This document shows, in pieces, positions 58,649-64,000 of a stretch of 64,000 nt of DNA. The stretch lies in the IMG/VR virus record IMGVR_UViG_3300032214_001346, positions 1 to 64,000 of that record; one strand, written 5' to 3'. Each line of letters opens with the position of its first letter. Position 1 is the stretch's first letter. A model generated the notes under the pieces. It did no database searches. It had not been told where the DNA came from and was given only the letters and a program-made list of their open reading frames with translations. The DNA is from a virus. The position numbers and the translations under genes were made by a program.

Positions 58649-59049
58649 CTTGCAATTAACCCAGTTTCCCAAGGTCGGCTTCACCAATTAAATAGCACCG
58701 GCACTAATGATGAGATAAGAGTCTTGCAATTAACCCAGTTCCCTAAGGTCGGTTTCACCTTCTGAATATTGAATCTTTGATAGAAGCTAACTTGCAATTA
58801 ACCCAGTTCCCTAAGGTCGGTTTCACCAACTCGATGTTTTTTATTCCTGATTTTGAATCAAATCTTGCAATTAACCCAGTTCCCTAAGGTCGGTTTCACC
58901 CAAACCGGGAGGGTTGATGGAATTTAGGTCGACACTTGCAATTAACCCAGTTCCCTAAGGTCGGTTTCACCTTTGAAGCTCAAAAAAAGAGATTAGAGTT
59001 GAATTTTCTTGCCTTGCAATTAACCCAGTTCCCTAAGGTCGGTTTCACC
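58649..59049 (-). CRISPR. CRISPR array: six 37-bp repeats GGTGAAACCGACCTTAGGGAACTGGGTTAATTGCAAG with five spacers (41, 34, 36, 31, 37 nt in transcription order)
   Basis: Repeats at 59013-59049, 58935-58971, 58864-58900, 58791-58827, 58723-58759 (identical) and 58649-58685 (3 mismatches, trailer end); unique spacers. Confidence 0.97.
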
Positions 59050-60783
59050 TGCCGTATCCCAGATCGTAAGCTGTGTAAAGGTTTCATCCCCTGATTGCGC
59101 GGATCTCTTATTTTTCTTTGTTCCAGGTTTTTGAGTTTTCGCTGAATTAGCTGAAATGCTTATTGGGTAAGGTGCGCGGGTGCTTGGTAAATTGTCAAGG
59201 TTCGGATTGCTTACGGTGTCTACCTTTGAGGTTGTTTTCACGGCTTTAGAGGTTTTTACATCCCCCCTTCCGCGCTGAGTTCCCCTTTCGGGGTTTAATT
59301 GGGAGGAATATCCATCCTCCGGTGGTGCTTGCACACCTTCCTGGTGACATCCCGTATTGGAATCAGAGCCAGGCTTTCGGGTTTCCCCATGTTCCCACGC
59401 CCAAGCGCGGTACACTGCTGATAATTGTTTTTTGCCTTTGAGCAAGATGTTCTTAGCTGCATTAGAATCACGTCCTTCTGTGTGACCACATTCTGTACAG
59501 CGGTGAGTTCTTTGGCTCAATGCTTTCTTTATTTTAGCACCACATTTTGAACAGTCAACCGTAGTGAAATGAGCAGCAACTTTTACAAACTCTCTATCAG
59601 TATCTTTACACTTTGTTTCAATTTTACTGATTAAATCACCCAGTGCTGAATCAGCAAAACTTTTGTTTAACCCAGCTTTACGTTTTGCACCGTTTTGTTC
59701 ATAGCCATTGCCGTCCTCACGTTTCTTGGCTTTGGGCTTACGGTTCAGGTTTTGTATCTTTAAGTCTTCCATCACAATCCCAGAATACTCACGCACAACT
59801 TTAGTAGATAACTTATGGTTAAAAGCGTTACGGCTGCGGCGGATCTTTTCATGGTGTAAAGCTATTTTTTGATAGGTTTTCTTCTGATTACATCCTCCCT
59901 TTTGTTGCCTAGACGCTTTACGCTGTAACCGTCTTAGCTTTGCTTGTTGTTTCCTAAATAGCTTAGGCGGTTCTATTTCTCTCCCCTGATCTGTGGTGAT
60001 AATTGATAGTAAACCCGGATCAATTCCTACTGCTTTATCAGATTTTGGTAATGGGTCATTGGGGATATCAACGCATACATGAAGATAGTAACCTGATGGT
60101 TCTTTAACTATTCTGGCAGGACCCCATTCTTGCCAGTCATATCTATCAAATAATCCTTTAACTTTAATTTTACCAAGTTTAGGGAACTGGACATAGCCAT
60201 TATTTGAGCCGGGTATTTTTTCCGGTTTTAGTTCTTTGGATAAACCCCCAGCATTGAGATTAACAAGTGACTTGATTTTATCATTTCTCCCTTTGAATTT
60301 TGGCTTTCTACCGGGGTGTTTTGGGGTAACGTAAGCTTTCCATGATTTCTTTAAAGAATCAATTACCCCTGCCTTAAATTTAGTGGGAACATCTGCCATA
60401 AAGTCGGGAATATTGTCACTCCTATAAAATTCACATTGTCCATATTTATCAGGGTTTTCAATATTCAAATGTTGTCTAATTTCACAGTAAGGATGACCGC
60501 TTTTAGGTCTGATGACACCTGTACCGACTAAGCGGACTTTTTCCCACTTCTCAGTAGACTTACCTTTCTTGTCTTCAGTAACAACCTTTCGCCATTTCCA
60601 CTGCAAAACTACACCATCAGGAATAATGCGATCGCTTATTTCTTTCTCTCTATAATATTTCTGTCTTCCTGCTAGTTTGAGTGACAGCCCTGTATTCCAA
60701 ACCCACTTGAGTTTGTCTAGCCATTGATTAATCGTTTGTACCTGTGCAACCGTGGGGTCAAGTTTAAATTCAAAAGTTTTCAT
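59020..60783 (-). CDS. TnpB/Cas12f-like RNA-guided RuvC nuclease, CRISPR-associated (compact type V candidate)
   Basis: KTFEFKLDPT...WVWN N-terminus; RuvC-I GIDPG, RuvC-II VMEDL, Zn finger CSKC/CTEC, RuvC-III RDSNAAKNI; directly fused to the array. Confidence 0.9.
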   Translation of the reverse strand: MKTFEFKLDPTVAQVQTINQWLDKLKWVWNTGLSLKLAGRQKYYREKEISDRIIPDGVVLQWKWRKVVTEDKKGKSTEKWEKVRLVGTGVIRPKSGHPYCEIRQHLNIENPDKYGQCEFYRSDNIPDFMADVPTKFKAGVIDSLKKSWKAYVTPKHPGRKPKFKGRNDKIKSLVNLNAGGLSKELKPEKIPGSNNGYVQFPKLGKIKVKGLFDRYDWQEWGPARIVKEPSGYYLHVCVDIPNDPLPKSDKAVGIDPGLLSIITTDQGREIEPPKLFRKQQAKLRRLQRKASRQQKGGCNQKKTYQKIALHHEKIRRSRNAFNHKLSTKVVREYSGIVMEDLKIQNLNRKPKAKKREDGNGYEQNGAKRKAGLNKSFADSALGDLISKIETKCKDTDREFVKVAAHFTTVDCSKCGAKIKKALSQRTHRCTECGHTEGRDSNAAKNILLKGKKQLSAVYRAWAWEHGETRKPGSDSNTGCHQEGVQAPPEDGYSSQLNPERGTQRGRGDVKTSKAVKTTSKVDTVSNPNLDNLPSTRAPYPISISANSAKTQKPGTKKNKRSAQSGDETFTQLTIWDTAGETDLRELG

Positions 60784-60816
60784 GGTAAAATAGATGCGTG
60801 GGTATGTTGGACCTAC

Positions 60817-60878
60817 TCCTAGTGGTGGATTGATGCTGAGAACATCACCACGCGACTAGGTTTAAATATTATAGCATT
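60817..60878 (-). promoter_or_regulatory. Extended -10 (AATGCTATAATA) and 5'-UTR hairpin of the nuclease gene
   Basis: CCTAGT..GTGG.TGATG-loop-CATCA..CCAC.ACTAGG on the minus strand. Confidence 0.55.
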
Positions 60879-60991
60879 TAAACCAAATATATGACATTGA
60901 GGCAATTGAAACAGAAACTTTACGCTACAATAATAATGTCAAGCTCAGATATATTAAGGGTGCTGTCAGTAATGCTGACAGCTTTATCATT

Positions 60992-61321
60992 ATGTTCCCA
61001 AATGCGCCTAGTTCTCTTAAAATCAGTTGGGATAATGCCATAAGTTTTGAAGCAAGTTTCTTATCTCAAAACTACCAGGGTGGTGTGGATGAGAAAGGGA
61101 ATAGAAACCAGCTTAACCAGGTGGTCGGTACGCAGACTTTGACCTTGACCATTGATAGTTTATTTACTTATTCAGAGATTGATACTTTTTTAACTAATAA
61201 TTTAAGTAAGCCTTTCTACTTTAATTCCACTTTGTACCGTTGCGAGACGTTTAAGTGGACACCATCTAGCGATAAGGTGTTTAAGTTGGAACTGAGTTTA
61301 ATTCAAATATTTAGACCTTAA
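60992..61321 (+). CDS. Second minor tail protein M-like protein
   Basis: IDTFL......PFYF....YRC..F........LS..Q.F.P; 109 aa. Confidence 0.55.
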   Translation: MFPNAPSSLKISWDNAISFEASFLSQNYQGGVDEKGNRNQLNQVVGTQTLTLTIDSLFTYSEIDTFLTNNLSKPFYFNSTLYRCETFKWTPSSDKVFKLELSLIQIFRP

Positions 61322-61437
61322 TCAAGTCTAATCGGGCTATATATTCAATAAAAATTATAAGATATTTCTACTGATATTGTGCATAACAATTAATTATATG
61401 TAATTATTAAAAATAAAAATGTTGAGGTTTTAATACT

Positions 61438-61992
61438 ATGAAATGGGAAAAACTACCAAAACCTTGGACTAAAGAACAGTGTCGCCGTCGCTACGTTGAA
61501 AGTGAAGAGGATATAGGTATTAGAAAACTGGCTGTCGAGGCTGGCTTGGGTAAGGGAACTGTTGAGGTATGGGTAAGACGAGAATTATGGGTAGACCAAA
61601 GGCGACAGTACCAAGACACCCTAAAGACAACTATTCAAGTTAAAACTATACAGAAAGCATCTGAGAAAATATCAGATGAACTCTCTCAAATTGTCATTGA
61701 AAATTACAAAGTACACAAACTTGCTAGGGATTATGTGGCTAAAATAATTGAGGTTAAAGCTAGACAATTGGCAGAAGATTTAGAACTGACGGGAGAAGAA
61801 AGAAAGAAAGCAATTTCTCTACATAGCGCACCTGAAACAAATCAATGGTCACAGGCATTGCAGCGGTCAACAAGTGCCATTAATGAGACTAGAGGGATTA
61901 AATACTTTGTTGATGTCAACGCAGCTGCTGATAAGCTATCTAGGGAAGGCTACCAAATTATTGATCCAAGTGAAGATAATGAAGATATTTAA
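61438..61992 (+). CDS. Terminase small subunit-like HTH protein
   Basis: W......RYV......R.LA...G....TV..W...E.W..QR..Y; next to ParB-N and MTase genes. Confidence 0.55.
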   Translation: MKWEKLPKPWTKEQCRRRYVESEEDIGIRKLAVEAGLGKGTVEVWVRRELWVDQRRQYQDTLKTTIQVKTIQKASEKISDELSQIVIENYKVHKLARDYVAKIIEVKARQLAEDLELTGEERKKAISLHSAPETNQWSQALQRSTSAINETRGIKYFVDVNAAADKLSREGYQIIDPSEDNEDI

Positions 61993-62290
61993 GATTTTTG
62001 ATTTTACTGGACATGGTGCGATCGCTATTGAGCATGGAGAAACTGTATATAAGGCAATTCATTACCACTTACTACGTAATGAGTTGGTGCAATTGGATTT
62101 TACAGGAATTGAGATTTTAGGTACTGCATTTGTGGGAGTTGCCCTAAAGCAACTCCTGAGGGATATTTCCCAGGAAAAAGTGAATGGCTTAATTGAGTTT
62201 ACTGGACTCAGTGATGATAAACGTGATATGATACAGCGTGTAATGAAAAAAGCGTATAAGTGGTACTTTGATGAACAAAATCAAGCGTAG
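61979..62290 (+). CDS. STAS-like (DUF4325) protein; likely ATG 61979
   Basis: GE.VY..I......V.LDFTGI.....AFV..A...L. Confidence 0.75.
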   Translation: MKIFKIFDFTGHGAIAIEHGETVYKAIHYHLLRNELVQLDFTGIEILGTAFVGVALKQLLRDISQEKVNGLIEFTGLSDDKRDMIQRVMKKAYKWYFDEQNQA

Positions 62291-62807
62291 CCAGATAGAA
62301 GAATGGGATATTGATCGGCTGTCTCCTTATGAGAACAATGCTAAGTTGCACCCTGATTCTCACATTGAACAGATAGCTAACTCCATTGAGGAATTTACTT
62401 TTCTCGACCCGGTGGCAGTAGATGAGAATGGTGAAATACTAGAAGGTCACGGTCGGCTTTTAGCAGCCAAGAAACGGGGTGATAGTACAATTCCCGTAAT
62501 TCAAGTTACTGGGCTGTCAGATGCTCAAAAAGTGGCATATCGGTTAGCACATAACAAACTGACCATGAACACTGGATTTGATCCTGATATGTTGAAACTG
62601 GATTTTGAGTTTCTACAGGATAGTGAATTTGATCTGGGTTTAACGGGCTTTGGGGAATTGGAATTAAGTTTTCTGGATGATGAACAGGAAGAGGAAATTA
62701 ATGAACCTTACAGCCCAAAATCGTCAACCAAGGAAGTCAATGTAGATGAGTTTGAATTTGACCACAAGTGTCCTAAATGTGGTTTTCAGTACAATGATAA
62801 AAAATGA
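62268..62807 (+). CDS. ParB N-terminal (ParB/Srx) domain protein
   Basis: L.PY.NNAK.H....I.QIA.SI.EF.F..P..VDE.G.I..GHGRL.AA; C-terminal CPKCG. Confidence 0.9.
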   Translation: MMNKIKRSQIEEWDIDRLSPYENNAKLHPDSHIEQIANSIEEFTFLDPVAVDENGEILEGHGRLLAAKKRGDSTIPVIQVTGLSDAQKVAYRLAHNKLTMNTGFDPDMLKLDFEFLQDSEFDLGLTGFGELELSFLDDEQEEEINEPYSPKSSTKEVNVDEFEFDHKCPKCGFQYNDKK

Positions 62808-63847
62808 ATAATCCCCACGCCTGGTACTTAAAAGATTTGAAGCTTATACCCCAAAATGGACTAAAGGTAATGTCAACTTTTAGTTGCGGTGGTGGTAGTT
62901 CTTTAGGCTATAAACTAGCAGGCTGCAATGTCATTGCTGCTAATGATATTGATCCGGAAATGGCTTATCATTATCAGCTAAATCTTAATCCTCAACATTA
63001 TTTCTTGTGTCCAGTCAAAGACTTAATCAAGAAACAGTTGCCCAGTGAACTCTATCACTTAGATATATTAGATGGCAGCCCTCCTTGTTCTAATTTTTCA
63101 GTATCAGGGAACAGAGAAAAGGACTGGGGGAAGAAAAAACACTTTCGGGAAGGTCAAGCTGTACAGGTTCTTGATGACCTGTTCTTTGATTATTTAAACT
63201 TAGTTCAAAAGCTAAAACCCAAGGTGGCGATCGCTGAAAATGTCAAGGGGTTAATATTAGGTAATGCTAAAGGTTACTGCAAACTCATTATTGACAGATT
63301 CAAAGCTATTGGTTACAGCCCCCAACTATTCTTAGTTAATGCTGCGGACTGTGGTGTACCGCAGAGACGAGAACGGGTATTTTTTATTGCACTACGCAAC
63401 GATATTCATAAGCCTAAGCTGATATTAGCACCTAAGCACCGATGGGTTAGCACGGGAGAAGCCACTAGTGATTTGCAAGTGCTTACACAGGATGAAATTA
63501 AAGAAACCCGTCCTAGTCCCAACGATATTAAGTGTTGGGAGCATACACGCAAAGGTGATATGTACAAAACTTTTTTATTAAAGACAGAGAAACGTAATGC
63601 TTGCTTTAACAATATTAGGTTAGATGATAGTTGCCCTGCTAGTACGCTTAGTTCTACACCGGAACTATATACGCACTGGGATGTATGCAGAAAACTAACT
63701 TATAGAGAATATAAACGCTTAGGCTCATTTCCAGATGATTATAAAGCCAGAAGTACAAGGATAGGTAAATATATGATAGGTATGAGTGTACCACCGCGCA
63801 TGATGGAAAAGGTAGCACAAGCGGTAATTAGTCAGTGGTTATTGTGA
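62804..63847 (+). CDS. DNA cytosine-5 methyltransferase
   Basis: FSCGGG, DGSPPC, AENV, GVPQRRERVF, FPDDY, IGMSVPP. Confidence 0.95.
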   Translation: MNNPHAWYLKDLKLIPQNGLKVMSTFSCGGGSSLGYKLAGCNVIAANDIDPEMAYHYQLNLNPQHYFLCPVKDLIKKQLPSELYHLDILDGSPPCSNFSVSGNREKDWGKKKHFREGQAVQVLDDLFFDYLNLVQKLKPKVAIAENVKGLILGNAKGYCKLIIDRFKAIGYSPQLFLVNAADCGVPQRRERVFFIALRNDIHKPKLILAPKHRWVSTGEATSDLQVLTQDEIKETRPSPNDIKCWEHTRKGDMYKTFLLKTEKRNACFNNIRLDDSCPASTLSSTPELYTHWDVCRKLTYREYKRLGSFPDDYKARSTRIGKYMIGMSVPPRMMEKVAQAVISQWLL

Positions 63848-63890
63848 GTTTTTTGGCAATGTATTAAAAGCTGTGCTATAATAATTGAAA

Positions 63891-63938
63891 CCAGCACCGT
63901 AAAGAGTGTAGTAGCACTCAGAACGGTTGTATCGCTGG
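63891..63938 (+). promoter_or_regulatory. Structured 5'-leader (CCAGCAC...CGCTGG) upstream of an ORF starting at 63974 that runs off the window
   Basis: Same architecture as 51631-51679 and 53447-53495; preceded by TGCTATAAT. Confidence 0.6.
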
Positions 63939-64000
63939 TTAACATTTCACCCGTAAGAGCGGGTTAATCTGTCATGACTAATTTAGCATTAATCGTTGAA

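Noticed and set aside
58828-58863. Spacer resembles the IPDLK/IPGLK segment of the initiator and its copies (about 23/36 identity)
   Set aside because: Too weak in AT-rich DNA; no convincing protospacer for any main-array spacer was found in the window by eye.
59020-60783. Ordinary IS200/IS605 transposon
   Set aside because: No tnpA or resolvase, no recognisable IS ends, and the gene is fused to a bona fide array.
60900-60912. GGCAATTGAAAC upstream of the nuclease as an anti-repeat/tracrRNA
   Set aside because: Only short interrupted complementarity to the repeat.

Overview
This AT-rich 64 kb window looks like part of a temperate siphovirus-like phage or phage-plasmid of a filamentous cyanobacterium, judged from more than 25 HIP1 GCGATCGC octamers and a Nostoc-type nblA. 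Layout: 1-20.4 kb is a lambda-like tail tip (I, J split in two, M, L) followed by a tandemly duplicated four-gene tail-fibre/receptor-binding module. 20.4-29.3 kb (minus) is a replication arm with DUF5131, DnaB and an initiator carrying 9 x 15-bp iterons. 29-34.9 kb holds an XRE switch, a protelomerase-family recombinase, a hammerhead ribozyme, an adenine MTase and ASCH. 35-56 kb is accessory: NblA, GIY-YIG, HAD phosphatase, a membrane-protein plus FtsK/VirD4-like ATPase operon, HNH, AIPR-like, BRO and Rha antirepressors, and a frameshifted MTase. 56.9-60.9 kb is the most unusual locus: a TnpB/Cas12f-like RuvC nuclease with intact catalytic motifs whose last codons and stop are the first repeat of a 37-bp CRISPR array. 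It is followed by a gene cassette bracketed by a duplicated 36-bp promoter-like spacer, a degenerate mini-array, and two non-coding iteron (origin-like) cassettes. 61-64 kb carries terminase-small-subunit-like, STAS-like, ParB-N and C5 MTase genes. No cas1/cas2, tnpA, tRNA or rRNA was seen. All family calls are from motif recognition by eye, not database searches.
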